Notes: generated from the sequence alone by a model not told the origin. DNA of 64,000 nt from Eledone cirrhosa (GCA_964016885.1 OZ024756.1:17050001-17114000), one strand, 5' to 3'. Shown: positions 1 to 12,600, counted from the stretch's first letter. Program-made: numbers and translations.

Positions 1-124
1 TTAAAGATGACTTGAACCAAAAACTGGTGGAAGGACCTGATGATGACAGAAATAGGTGTAGGTAGGCATTACATATGTACTGTCACCACTATATATATAT
101 ATATATATAGTTTTAATATAGATG

Positions 125-175
125 AGATTCTACAGGACTAGAACTGTTTCATTCTTTAGAAATCATCAGGAATCT
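125..175 (-). ncRNA. Type I hammerhead ribozyme (inverted copy of 217-267)
   Basis: Exact reverse complement of 217-267. Confidence 0.75.
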
Positions 176-216
176 GGGTATCAAAAAATAAGTATGGTAT
201 TTATTTTTTGATACCC

Positions 217-267
217 AGATTCCTGATGATTTCTAAAGAATGAAACAGTTCTAGTCCTGTAGAATCT
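217..267 (+). ncRNA. Type I hammerhead ribozyme
   Basis: Stem I AGAUUC/GAAUCU; core CUGAUGA; short stem II UUC/GAA; GAAA; stem III ACAG/CUGU with 8-nt loop; GUA cleavage triplet. Confidence 0.8.
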
Positions 268-346
268 CATCTATATTAAAACTTTTATACTCTGCAATGT
301 ATTGAGTACCTTACTTACTGTGGTTACCTCCGATTCAACCCGGAAT

Positions 347-391
<45 letters not shown>

Positions 392-407
392 TCAGCACTG
401 TACATGT

Positions 408-739
408 ATATATATAAAAACTAAAGTGTCTGTATGCAGGCAATGTATTTCCACAGTTTCCATCTGATTTTGTTCAAATTCGATACTTAGGTAATTTAGC
501 TCATGGAGCATGTCAACAAATCTTACTCTTCCCTAAAATAGCAGAGTTCTGAGCCTATTTAAAGATGGCCATGTTGAGGAGTGAGGGGATCTTTCTTGGC
601 AGTGGTGAAGGTGTAGGACGAGAGAGAACGAGACAGACAGAGCATCTGTTGGAGTAGTAACCACAGCCATAGTACCTTAATTCAGTTATTCACTTCATCT
701 TATTAAGGTATGCCCAGCAATGACAGGCTCTTTTGCTAG
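408..739 (+). mobile_element. Non-autonomous Helitron-like element
   Basis: Starts ATATATAAAAACTAAAGTGTCTGTATG and ends with a GC-rich subterminal segment followed by CTAG|T, the usual Helitron 3' end. Confidence 0.45.
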
Positions 740-1285
740 TATATATATATTATATATAGACACCAACATAGTGTGAATTATAGTGGTGCCATAGAAGATG
801 AGTATGTTGTAGTTACAGATGGTTAAGTGTATGGTTTGAAGCAGGTGTGGATCTCAGACAAAGTTGACTCCTATCTCCTGATCTTTTCAACATCTTTCCC
901 CATCATATCTATGAGACACAGCTGAGATATACTGTCTTGACAGAGGTGTAGAGTTGGCTCCTCCCTTCCCCTTCCCCCATTATATCATTGTAATCTTTTT
1001 TTTCCTTTCTCCTAGTTTATGTGAAATATTTATGTAAATAAAATTTGTTTCTGTCTTGCTAAATATTTGTGAAGTAGAACAATGTCACAATTTGTGTTTG
1101 TATGCTGTGTAGCATCAAATAGATTAGATCTCACCAAGAAACATGATCTAAAACAGGTGAGATATCAAGCATTGACTTAACCCTTTAGCATTTACATTAC
1201 TCTAGATTTTCTATTGTATTTTCGGGGTAAAGGCTTTATCTCACATAATATTGAATCTATGAGATTTCGATATTATTTATTTTGA

Positions 1286-1473
1286 AGGCAGTGGATTGAC
1301 AGTTTTGGTAGAGGATCAGATGCCATGCTTTGCAGCATAGAGTTACGGCCCTTTGCGGTCTGAGTTAAAATCCCTCCGAGATTAACTTTGCCTTTCATCC
1401 TTACGGGGTCGATAAAATAAGGCACCAGTAATGCACTGGGGTAATTGCTGGCCTTGTGCCAAAAGTAGAATCA
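1286..1473 (+). mobile_element. tRNA-derived SINE family 1
   Basis: B-box-like GAGTTAAAATCC; body ACTTTGCCTTTCATCCTTACGGGGTCGATAAAATAA; TSD ATTATTTATTTTGA (1272-1285, 1474-1487). Confidence 0.85.
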
Positions 1474-1511
1474 ATTATTTATTTTGAGAACAATACCTTA
1501 ATATCAGTAAT

Positions 1512-1689
1512 TGTTTCTACTTTAGGCACAAGGCCAGCAATTACCCAGTGCATTACTGGTACTTTATTTTATCGACCCCGTAAGGATGAAAGGCAAAGTC
1601 AACCTCGGCGGGATTTGAACTCAGATTGTAAAGGGACGTAACTATGCTGGAAAGCATGGCGTCCGACCCTCTACCGATACTGCCAATCC
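1512..1689 (-). mobile_element. tRNA-derived SINE family 1
   Basis: Reverse-complement copy; TSD AATATCAGTAAT (1500-1511, 1690-1701). Confidence 0.85.
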
Positions 1690-2041
1690 AATATCAGTAA
1701 TAGCAGCCAGTTTGAACAGAAAGAAGAGGTGAGAGAATTCTGGATGGACGGTCAGTTTAAAAGTTAACCTGTATACAAAGCCTAATACAAGTATTTCTAC
1801 ACTTTTAACCTATACTTAAAAAATGTGGACCCCTAAAATCTGAAAATATACACTGACAAGAAGTATTTGAAATGTGGTGTTTATCGTCTATACCAGCGTT
1901 TCTCAACCTTTTTACCCCCGAAGAACCCTTGAAATAGTTTTCATGTCTCAGGGATCCCCTGCATCAAAATTATTATATATCATTAATATCTCTTTCTTTT
2001 ATATTTTTTAGCGTAGACAAATATTTTGGGGGATAACTAGT

Positions 2042-2225
2042 TTAACCCTTTACCATTTAAACTGGCCATATCCAGCCAGAATTATCTCACGTTTTTCTGA
2101 TGTTAAGGTATTGTTCTCAAAATAAATAATATCAAAATCTCGTAAATTCAATATTATGTGAGATAAAGCCTTTACCACTAAAATGTAATAGTAAATATAG
2201 AGTAATGTAAATGCTATAGGGTTAA
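2042..2225 (-). mobile_element. piggyBac-like MITE
   Basis: TTAA-flanked; CCCTTTA...TATAGGG ends; reverse copy of the 1177 family. Confidence 0.7.
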
Positions 2226-2332
2226 GGAATAATGATCCTTTTTGTCAAATTTATGGGCAATGCAAAAAAATCATACTGCTCCTTTAAGAGACATCACACT
2301 GAGGTTTTCATTCATATCTGTAAACACCCAAA

Positions 2333-2516
2333 TCTTCTTGTCATGTCCACAAGAGTGTCAGCTACAAAGCTTGGCTAGATGTGGTTCCACCACAGCTGAA
2401 CACAAATCTGTCCTTTCTCATTAAGTTCTGCCATGTCCAATGCTGTGCAGGGGTGTTCCAGCAGGGGACATATCAGGAGGTGCTGTGTAGTCTGTGGATC
2501 GATGCCACAGTCACAC
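2333..2516 (-). mobile_element. 3' end of an Ingi/Vingi-like non-LTR retrotransposon
   Basis: CDCGIDPQTTQHLLICP (CCHC knuckle) followed by stop and GGACATGACAAGAAGA tail. Confidence 0.55.
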
Positions 2517-2864
2517 ACAAAACACATAACTAAACATAAGTAACCAATATCACATTCGTATAACACATATGCCATATGTATAGAGGAAAATTATGAATAT
2601 AAAATTAAATAAAAATTACTCAAAAATGCATTAGCTTATTTATCCCTGTTTTTTATAAAACACCTAGCAACTTCTCACAGAACCCTAGAGTTCCGGGGAA
2701 CACTGGTTTTGCTTATTCCAAGATACCAGAATGAAATTGGCCTTGATCTCAGAATCCTTGAATCCTGGGACATATTAAATTCTGATTTCCTGTCATTTGA
2801 ATATCTGTTTGCTCCTGTATTAGAAAATTGTTTCCATACAACAAACCACCATAAACTTTCAGGT

Positions 2865-3092
2865 TTAACCATTTAATGTTCAAACCGGCCAAAACCGGCT
2901 AGAATTCTCTACCTCTTTCTGTTGAAACTGGCTGTAACCGGTCGCTCAAACTGATGTTAAGGTATTGTTCTCAAAATAAATACTTTTAAAATCTCATAGA
3001 TTCGATATTATGTGAGATAATTATGTGAGATAAAGCCTTTACCATGAAAATATAATAGTATACATAGAGTAATGTAAATGCTAAAGGGTTAA
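2865..3092 (-). mobile_element. piggyBac-like MITE
   Basis: TTAA-flanked; ends AAATGCTAAAGGG-TTAA. Confidence 0.7.
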
Positions 3093-3111
3093 ATCAATAT
3101 ATATGTGTGTG

Positions 3112-3372
3112 TCATCATCATCATCATCATCGTTTAACGTCCATGTTCCATGCTTGCATGGGTTTGGACGGGAGTTTTCCTACTTGAGGCAAGAGTGGTT
3201 GTCTTGCTTGCATAGGACTGTCTGGCGGGTTTTCTACAGTTGGATGCCCTTCCTAACACCAACCACATTTACAGTGTGGGGCTGGGAGGTTTTTACCGTG
3301 TTGCCTACACGGCCACATTACAGCGTGGACTGTCTGGTGGGTTTTCTACAGCTGGATGCCCTTCCTAACACC
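3112..3372 (-). mobile_element. SINE/RTE-type 3' tail fragment
   Basis: (TCA)n tail plus GGATGCCCTTCCTAACACC motif shared with SINE family 2. Confidence 0.55.
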
Positions 3373-3730
3373 ATATATATATATATATATATATGAATAT
3401 TTAATCTCTACTTTGGTATTGAGTACTCTTTTTTATAGACCATCAACTACATATGGATATATATATATATATTTAGAGTGAACTGACAGGAGGCCAAATA
3501 TATTTTTTATTTCTGCAAACACTATACACATTTCAGTGGCCAAATTTAAATGTATATATATATAAATATATAGTAGTAATAATAAATACAAGGACCAAAA
3601 TCCAGAGAAAAGGGTTGTATATATGTATAGTATATATATATAAATCCATAGAGTAAATATTTATTATTAGCACAGTTTCAGAAGATCCTGCTTTAGGGTG
3701 AAAGCAGAACTTTGAATTTGCGTTAATAAT

Positions 3731-3922
3731 TGTTTCTACTTTTGGCACAAGGCCAGCAATTATCCCAGTGTATTACTGGTACTTTATTTTATCGACTCCC
3801 GTAAGGATGAAAGGCAAAGTTAACCTTGGCGGGATTTGAACTCAGATCATAAAGGGCCGTAACTCTTTGCTGCAAAGCATGGCGTCAGAGCCTCTACCGA
3901 TACTGCCAATCCACCACCTGCC
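3731..3922 (-). mobile_element. tRNA-derived SINE family 1
   Basis: Full-length copy; TSD AATTTGCGTTAATAAT on both sides. Confidence 0.85.
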
Positions 3923-4685
3923 AATTTGCGTTAATAATACAGACGTATATGTGTGTAGGGAATTATGTATGTGTGTGTGTGTGTGTAAGTGTGTTCAAAT
4001 ATTTCCCTGGAGTTTTCCAGGACAAGAAGCAGTTCCCAGGAAATCTAAAGAAGAGACCTCGATACTGCTAGGAAGACTATAATGAGACAGGTAAAGAGCT
4101 ACTTCCATTAGACAAGTTCTTCACATCATGTGAGAGTCGCCAGTATCCGACATAATAAGGAAGGGGATACTTAAATGGTTTGGTCATGTTGCAAAAAAAA
4201 AAAGAAAAAAATTAATTTATAACTTGTAACTGAGAAACGTGTAAAAAAATCCGATTGTAAAATATGGAAGTGGGGTGGCTTATATTCAAATCAGTAGTTT
4301 TCTGATTTTCACCAACTTCAAAATTCTACATAAATGACGTGTTAAAATATTTTTGCTTCGGAGGTGAATATTACACTGGTTTTACTTTCAGCTTGACATT
4401 CATATTTCCTTTGTTTTTGATATATTTTCAATGACTATGCCCTTCGAAACTGTTGGGAATTGATAGTAAATTATTACATATTGAAGTTCTGAACAAAAAT
4501 TATGCTCTAAATAACACTAAAACATTTTAAATATCAAAATAGTAAAGCTTCATAAATGTATTTTCCATTCATGAAAGTTTGAAAACCGCACCATCTAAAC
4601 ATAATGTGTTGATTACCTGCTGTGGCTTATAGAAAACTGGTTGGAGCAATAACAGTCTTGTTTATGTATATATATATATATATAT

Positions 4686-5020
4686 ATAATAATATATAAG
4701 ATCAAAAGATGGTTAAAAGAGTTCCATGTATTTTATTATGCGCATTTCAAAAACAAATATCATCATGCAATAACATTTGCGTTTTCACAAGTGTGTTTTA
4801 ACCTTCATATCATGTCTCCCTATTTTATCTGACGAAAACGCAAATGTTATTGCATGATGATATTTGTTTTTGAAATGCGCATAATAAAATACATGGAACT
4901 CTTTTAACCATCTTTTGATCTTATATATTATTATTTATACTCCAGTCCTACAAACTGTAGAGTGCTACTTATCCGATATCTGCATTGCTTTATTGTACTA
5001 CAATAAAACTCACCTCCTAC
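4686..5020 (+). mobile_element. Penelope-like element terminus (fold-back) in (TA)n
   Basis: 101-bp perfect arms 4686-4786/4834-4934; hammerhead; tail to (TA)n. Confidence 0.75.
4821..4891 (+). ncRNA. Type I hammerhead ribozyme
   Basis: Stem I UAUUUUAU/AUAAAAUA; CUGACGA; long stem II; GAAA; palindromic stem III AUGCGCAU; AUA triplet. Confidence 0.75.
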
Positions 5021-5420
5021 ATATATATATATATATATATATTGTTATACTTTGGGAGGGTCATGTTGCCAATTCAGAAACGAAATATATATATATACAT
5101 ATATATAATTCTTTTGTTAACCTGTTTAGCTTGCTTCGTTTTTTTGGCTCCGGTGGCTTACGGATTCACGACCACTGTTTTCATTTTATCTGGCCTTTAT
5201 AACGTATGTTATTTGCTCTGGTCTTCTTTTAGTCCATTGAGCGCTTGCCCCATATCTCAAAGATTGCGTTTCGTTTTGTTTTTGGCCCCCGCCAAAATAC
5301 GATCTCGCTGAAATTATATTTGTATATACATATATATATATAGAGATTATTTGATCAATATGCGCATATGTTTTATGTGTCTCTTGGGTTGAAAAGGAGG
5401 TCAAGTATGTTATAAATAAC

Positions 5421-5467
5421 TGCTCCGAAGAATCCAAACCTCGGTTTGGAGGAAACAATTGTAAGCA
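5421..5467 (+). ncRNA. Type I hammerhead-like fold with variant core (CCGAAGA)
   Basis: Stem I UGCU/AGCA; stem II UCCAAACC/GGUUUGGA; GAAA; palindromic ACAAUUGU; GUA triplet; AATAAA follows; in a (TA)n-flanked insert 5343-5675. Confidence 0.65.
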
Positions 5468-5692
5468 AATAAATGACTTAAACTGAACTTTGATTACTGT
5501 AATCTCTATATAACTGCTCTGTATAACAACTGATGTTATTACATTGAGCTATTTATCTTACTGGTAATAGGATAGTAATTAAAGACTATCTCTCACTATT
5601 TAGGGTTTGTGTATATATAATATATTACCATCAAAGGTTTTATTGCATACATAACCATAAATAGTACCCTTAATACATATATATATATATAT

Positions 5693-5982
5693 AAAGTTAA
5701 CAAAGTATCATTTAAGGCAATCCAAGTAGAGGTTATGAGTACTCTATCAAGGATAGTTTTAACGTTCGGCCTTGTGGTGTTCGGGTGGCCGATTCAAGAC
5801 AGTTCCTAAGTAAGCAGCTCTTGGACTAATAATAGTAAATGAGTGAAGAATAAATAACATGGATCGGCTGTACAATAGGGTTTATTCAAAGTATTAACAA
5901 CTGTTTCACAAATGAAACAGTTGTTAATACTTTGAATAAACCCTATTGTACAGCTGATCCATCTTATTCTTCACTCATTTAC
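5693..5982 (-). mobile_element. Penelope-like element terminus (fold-back) in (TA)n
   Basis: Arms 5835-5908/5913-5982 turning at GAAACAGTTGTT (only the 3' half of a hammerhead); (TA)n flanks. Confidence 0.6.
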
Positions 5983-5998
5983 AATATATATATATATA

Positions 5999-6312
5999 TC
6001 ATCATTTCATTTTACGTCCGCTTTTCCCTGCTTGCAAGGGTAGGACGGGAACTGATTCTGGCTTGATTTCTACAGCTGGATGCCCTTCCTAACACCAACC
6101 TCATTTACAGTGAGTGCTGGGTGCTTTTTTGCCGTGGCACCTCCACGTCCACTTTGCAGTGGAATGATATGGACCCCAGTCCCTATCATCTCATTTCTAC
6201 AGCTGAGTAAACTGGAGCAATGTGAAATAAAGTGTCTTGCTCAAGGAAACAACACATCGCCCGGTCTGAGAATTGAACTCACAACCTTTCGATTGCAAGG
6301 CCAATGCTCTAA

Positions 6313-6315
<3 letters not shown>
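5999..6315 (-). mobile_element. tRNA-derived SINE family 2
   Basis: Near-identical to 54731-55060 and 62689-63032; GAGTTCAATTCT B box; (ATG)n tail. Confidence 0.85.
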
Positions 6316-6354
<39 letters not shown>

Positions 6355-6501
6355 AGGAGTTGACGGAGCCAGCATATTTATCAATGCCAGTACCGGTTGT
6401 ATCTCAGCGTACTCAATAGGTAATGTAAGATACATTTCCAGAGTATACACATAGTTATTCGCTTCAATACAACACACGTAAAACGGGTGCCTATAATAGT
6501 T

Positions 6502-6611
6502 CCCGGACTCGAGTTTCGGCCGTACTAATGCAGCAGTAAGGTGCACTGCACCATCCGTCTGCATATATTATGCAACAATGCACAATCGGCTTATGCGGCT
6601 TCATCAGCGGG
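6502..6611 (-). ncRNA. Type I hammerhead ribozyme with large stem II insertion
   Basis: Stem I CCCG/CGGG; CUGAUGA; stem II closed by GCCG/CGGC; GAAA; palindromic ACUCGAGU; GUC triplet; tail runs to (TA)n at 6350; same tail recurs inverted at about 35293-35375. Confidence 0.7.
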
Positions 6612-7001
6612 TATCGCCTAATCAATAACCAATCGATCGACAGAATCCGAACACCAGTCCATGCCGGTCATGACTGTTTGTGACAACCGACATGGTAAAG
6701 CGATTAGCAACTGGAACCTGATACGATTCTATCTCTCAACTAGCCACCAATTTACAAATTTTACGCGGTGGCAGGAGACTAGAAAAACAATCTTTTCGTT
6801 CCCGTCAAAAGCTCTCAGCCGTGTCTCACACACAAATTACTAAGAGGTGAAAAGATGGCTATTAGAAATAGCAGTTCACATCGATGTATAATAGAATGGT
6901 AGCATTTGGCTCATGTCGCCAAATCCCATGACTAGAGGAAAGTGATAGTAACAATGGTAGTGCCAAGAACCTTTAACGGACTTTAAATGCGATTATCCAT
7001 T

Positions 7002-7197
7002 CATCATCATCATCATCATTTTACGTCCACTTTTCCCTGCTTGCAAGGGTGGGACGGGAACTGATTCTGGCTTGATTTCTACAGCTGGATGCCCTTCCTA
7101 ACACCAACCTCATTTACAGTGAGTGCTGGGTGCTTTTTGCCGTGACACCTCCATGACCACTTTGCAGTGGAATGATAGGGACCCCAGTCCCTATCAT
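7002..7197 (-). mobile_element. SINE family 2, 3' half
   Basis: Matches 5999-6190. Confidence 0.8.
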
Positions 7198-7762
7198 TAT
7201 TTATGCATACTATTCACAATAAATTAAACACTTTATGTAGAAAGAGTACAGACTAAGATGGTAGTGATGGAGCTGAGATGTAGAGAAAAACCTTTATAGA
7301 GCAATATATATATATGGTGCATTCAGTTTAGAATTGATACATCCTATCCTTGTTTATTGTAAGAAGCAACTAAAATGGTTTGTGTCAGGAAGAGCTTCAG
7401 GCTTTAAAACATCAAAGAGTCCCATCCAACTCATGCCAGCATGGGAAAGTTGACATAAAAAGGATATGTTGATATGTTGTTGTCGTTATAATTCACACCT
7501 ATGTAGATTTAGCTGGTCTCCAATAAGGTTGTATCCAATAGGACATTTTTCAGGAGTTTTAATGATAGGGGTTCCAGCCATATAATGAAAAGCATCTTGT
7601 TGAGGAACACAACAAGCTGCATGGTCCTCGAGTTGAACCCATAACATAATAATCGTAAGTCCAGCACCCTTAACACCCTTAACACCTTCACACATGTAAC
7701 AAGGTCTTTCAATGGTGTACTGTCAAGGACTTGCTAAAACCTTAGTTCTTACGACATGGTAT

Positions 7763-8352
7763 CTAACAGACAGACCCCGCAGTTACTGTGGTAGGGTACC
7801 TAACATACAGACCCCTCTGTTACTATGGTAGGGTACCTAACAGACCCCTCAGTTACTGTGGTAGGGTACCTAACAGACCCTCATTAATGTGGTGGGGTAC
7901 CTAACAGACCCTCAGTTAGTGTGGTAGGGTACCTAACAGACACACCCCTCAGTTACTGTTGTAGGGTACCTAACAGACACTCAGTTACTGTGGTAGGGTA
8001 CCTAACAGACCCTTAGTTACTGTGGTAGGGTACCTAACAGACCCTCAGTTACTGTGGTAGGGTACCTAACAGACCCTCAGTTACTGTGGAAAGGTACCTA
8101 ACAGACCCCTCAGTTACTGTGGTAGGGTACCTAACAGACACCCTCAGTTGCTATGGTAGGGTACCTAACAGACCCTTAGTTACTGTGGTAGGGTACCTAA
8201 CAGACCCTTAGTTACTATGGTAGGGTACTTAACAGACCCTCAGTTACTGTGGTAGGGTACCTAACAGACCCTTAGTTACTGTGGTAGGGTTCCTAACAGA
8301 CCCTTAGTTACTGTGGTAGGGTACTTAACAGGTACCCCCTCAGTTACTGTGG
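7763..8352. repeat. About 32-bp minisatellite
   Basis: Unit AGACCCTCAGTTACTGTGGTAGGGTACCTAAC; followed by (GTAG/GACA)-type simple repeat to about 8645. Confidence 0.95.
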
Positions 8353-9153
8353 GTAGGTAGTAGGTGGATAGGTAAGTAATTAGGTAGACAGGTAGATAGG
8401 TAAGTAGACAGACAGGTAGATAGGTGGGTAGACAGACAGGTAGGTAGGTGGGTAGACAGACAGGTAGGTAGGTGGGTAGACAAGGAGGTAGGTAGATAGG
8501 TGGGTAGACCGACAGGTAGGTAGGTGGGTAGACAGGGAGGTAGGTAGATAGGTGGGTAGACAGGGAGGTAGGTAGACAGGGAGGTAGGTAGACAGGTAGA
8601 TAGGTAGACAGACAGGTAGACAGACAGGTAGGTAGGTAGACAGGTGGGAAGATAATGTAGGTAGACGGAATCAGTAGGGACCAAAACAGCTGTGGTAAAT
8701 CTATTTAACAGAGGATTACCTTTCAACATAACAATAAGGATTATGGAGAGACATATAGAAACAGGCACACACAGACACACACACACACACAGACGCACAT
8801 ACACACACAGACACACATACATACACGGGCACATATGTCCTCTACCAAATGAGAGAGACACAGCCATCCACACACAGACACACACGTTCTCTAGCAAGTG
8901 AGAGACACACAGACACACACGTTCTCTAGCAAGTGAGAGACACACAGACACACATGTTCTCTAGCAAATGAGAGACACACTCAGCCATCCACATGTCCTC
9001 TAGCAAATGAGAGACACACACAGCCATCCACACACATGTCCTCTAGCAAATGAGAGACACACAGACACACACATGCCCTCTAGCATATGAGAGAGACACA
9101 CCTTATTCAAATATAGATTTTAAAATGTTACAATAACCAATTCATTTAAGATG

Positions 9154-9515
9154 TTAACCCTTTAGCGTTCACATTACTCTATATATACTATTATATTTTC
9201 ATGGTAAAGGCTTTACCTCACATAATATCTCACATAACATTTACATTACTCTATATATACTATTATATTTTCATGGTAAAGGCTTTACCTCACATAATAT
9301 CTCACATAACATTCACATTACTCTATATATACTATTATATTTTAATGATAAAGGCTTTACCTCAAATAATTATCTCACATAATATCGAATCTATGAGATT
9401 TTGAAAGTATTTATTTTGAGAACAATACCTTAACATCAGTTTGAGCGACCAGTTACAGCCAGTTTCAACAGAAAGAGGTAGAGAATTCTGGCCGGTTTGA
9501 ACATAAAAGGGTTAA
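9154..9515 (+). mobile_element. piggyBac-like MITE with internal triplication
   Basis: TTAA flanks; CATTACTCTATATATACTATTATATTTT...CTCACATAA segment occurs three times. Confidence 0.75.
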
Positions 9516-9644
9516 CATGTGTGTGTGTGTGTGTGTGTATGTGTGTGTATGTATGTGTATATATGTGTATGTATGTGTGTGGATATATGTGTAAGTATGT
9601 GAGTGTTTCGCTACAAAGTTTGCATTGTAGAAGCTATAACTTTT

Positions 9645-12600
9645 ATAGTATTGGTGTCACAATAAGATAGACCAGTAGACTCTATAGTTGTAGTATTGGT
9701 GCCACAATAAGATAGACTCAGTAGTGGTAGTATTGGTGCCACAATAAGATAGACCAGTAGACTCTGTAGTGGTACTATTGGTGCCACAATAAGATAGACC
9801 AGTAGACTCTGTAGTGGTACTATTGGTGCCACAATAAGATAGACCAGTAGACTCTGTAATGGTAGTATTAGTGCCACAATAAGATAGACCAGTACACTCT
9901 GTAGTGGTAGTATTGGTGCCACAATAAGATAGACCAGTAGACTCTGTAGTGGTAGTATTGGTGCCACAATAAGATAGACCACTAGACTCAGTAAAGTAGT
10001 AGTATTGGTGCCACAATAAGATAGACCAGTACACTCTGTAGTGGTAGTATTGGTGCCACAATAAGATAGACCAGTAGACTCTGTAGTGGTACTATTGGTG
10101 CCACAATAAGATAGACCAGTACACTCAGTAGTGGTAGCATTGGTGCCACAATAAGATAGACCAGTAGACTCAGTAGTGGTAGTATTGGTGCCACAAGAAG
10201 ATAGACCAGTACACTCAGTAGTGGTAGTATTGGTGCCACAATAAGATAGACCAGTAAACTCTGTAGTGGTAGTATTAGTGCCACAATAAGATAGACCAGT
10301 AGACTCAGTAAAGTGGTACTATTGGTGCCACAAGAAGATAGACCAGTAGACTCAGTAGTGGTAGTATTGGTGCCACAATAAGATAGATCAGTAGACTCTG
10401 TAGTGGTAGTATTGGTGCCACAATAAGATAGACCAGTAGACTCTGTAGTGGTACTATTGATGTCACAATAAGATAGACCAGTAGTCTCAGTAGTGGTAGT
10501 ATTGATGCTACAATAAGATAGACTAGTACACTCTGTAGTGGTAGTATTGGTGCCACAATAAGATAGACCAGTAGACTCAGTAGTGGTACTATTGGTGCCA
10601 CAATAAGATAGACCAGTAGACTCAGTAGTAGTACTATTGGTGCCACAATAAGATAGACCAGTAGACTCAGTAGTGGTACTATTGGTGCCACAATAAGATA
10701 GACCAGTACACTCAGTAGTGGTAGTATTGGTGCCACAATAAGATAGACCAGTACACTCAGTAAAGTGGTACTATTGGTGCCACAATAAGATAGACCACTA
10801 GACTCAGTAGTGGTAGTGTTGGTTCCACAATAAGATAGGCCAGTACACTCTGTAGTGGTAGTATTGGTGCCACAATAAGATAGACCAGTAGACTCTGTAG
10901 TGGTACTATTGGTGCCACAATAAGATAGACCAGTACACTCAGTAGTGGTAGCATTGGTGCCACAATAAGATAGACCAGTAGACTCTGTAGTGGTAGTATT
11001 GGTGCCACAAGAAGATAGACCAGTACACTCAGTAGTGGTAGTATTGGTGCCACAATAAGATAGACCAGTAAACTCTGTAGTGGTAGTATTAGTGCCACAA
11101 TAAGATAGACCAGTAGACTCAGTAAAGTGGTACTATTGGTGCCACAAGAAGATAGACCAGTAGACTCAGTAGTGGTAGTATTGGTGCCACAATAAGATAG
11201 ATCAGTAGACTCTGTAGTGGTAGTATTGATGTCACAATAAGATAGACCAGTAGTCTCAGTAGTGGTAGTATTGATGCTACAATAAGATAGACTAGTACAC
11301 TCTGTAGTGGTAGTATTGGTGCCACAATAAGATAGACCAGTACACTCAGTAGTGGTAGTATTGGTGCCACAATAAGATAGACCAGTAGACTCAGTAAAGT
11401 GGTACTATTGGTGCCACAATAAGATAGACCACTAGACTCAGTAGTGGTAGTGTTGGTTCCACAATAAGATAGACCAGTACACTCAGTAGTGGTACTATTG
11501 GTGCCACAATAAGATAGACCACTAGACTCAGTAGTGGTAGTGTTGGTTCCACAATAAGATAGGCCAGTAGACTCTGTAGTGGTAGTATTGGTGCCACAAT
11601 AAGATAGACCAGTAGACTCAGTAGTGGTAGTATTGGTGCCACAATAAGATAGACCAGTAGACTCAGTAGTGGTACTATTGGTGCCACAATAAGATAGACC
11701 AGTAGACTCAGTAGTGGTAGTATTGGTGTCACAATAAGATAGACCAGTAGACTCAGTAGTGGTAGTATTGGTGTCACAATAAGATAGACCAGTAGACTCA
11801 GTAGTGGTAGTATTGGTGCCACAATAAGATAGACCAGTACACTCAGTAGTGGTACTATTGGTGCCACAATAAGATAGACCAGTAGACTCTGTAGTGGTAC
11901 TATTGGTGCCACAATAAGATAGACCAGTAGACTCAGTAGTGGTAGTATTGGTGTCACAATAAGATAGACCAGTAGACTCAGTAGTGGTAGTATTGGTGCC
12001 ACAATAAGATAGACCAGTAGACTCAGTAGTGGTACTATTGGTGCCACAATAAGATAGACCAGTAGACTCAGTAGTGGTAGTATTGGTGTCACAATAAGAT
12101 AGACCAGTAGACTCAGTAGTGGTAGTATTGGTGCCACAATAAGATAGACCAGTAGACTCAGTAGTGGTACTATTGGTGCCACAATAAGATAGACCAGTAG
12201 ACTCTGTAGTGGTACTATTGGTGCCACAATAAGATAGACCAGTAGACTCAGTAGTGGTAGTATTGGTGTCACAATAAGATAGACTAGTACACTCTGTAGT
12301 GGTACTATTGATGCCACAATAAGATAGACCAGTAGACTCAGTAGTGGTAGTATTGGTGCCACAATAAGATAGACCAGTAGACTCAGTAGTGGTAGTATTG
12401 GTGCCACAATAAGATAGACCAGTAGACTCTGTAGTGGTACTATTGGTGTCACAATAAGATAGACCAGTAGACTCAGTAGTGGTAGTATTGGTGCTACAAT
12501 AAGATAGACCAGTACACTCAGTAAAGTGGTAGTATTGGTGTCACAATAAGATAGACCAGTACACTCAGTAGTGGTAGTATTGGTGCCACAAGATAGATCA

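Larger units (their letters stand above)
109..349 (+). mobile_element. Penelope-like element terminus (fold-back) inserted in (TA)n
   Basis: Perfect inverted arms 109-191/201-283 with a 9-nt spacer, hammerhead in each arm, unique tail 284-349, (TA)n on both sides. Confidence 0.75.
1177..1767 (+). mobile_element. piggyBac-like MITE carrying two SINE insertions
   Basis: TTAA-CCCTTTAGCATTTA start and TTAA end; family recurs at 2042, 2865, 9154, 17228, 47565, 49287 and about 54690. Confidence 0.7.
1894..2710. mobile_element. hAT/Charlie-like MITE with nested insertions
   Basis: Left end CAGCGTTTCTCAACC; degenerate right subterminal GAACCCTAGAGTTCCGGGGAACACTGG. Confidence 0.45.

Noticed and set aside
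30-63. CTGATGA...GAAA hammerhead-like core
   Set aside because: No convincing stem I, II or III pairing
5250-5315. Possible minus-strand hammerhead in a TA-flanked insert
   Set aside because: Stems are suggestive but the CUGANGA core is absent (CGAGA) and stem III does not pair
7763-8352. CRISPR-like regular repeats (also 9645-12890 and 49430-51115)
   Set aside because: Head-to-tail units with no unique spacers, eukaryotic context, no cas genes
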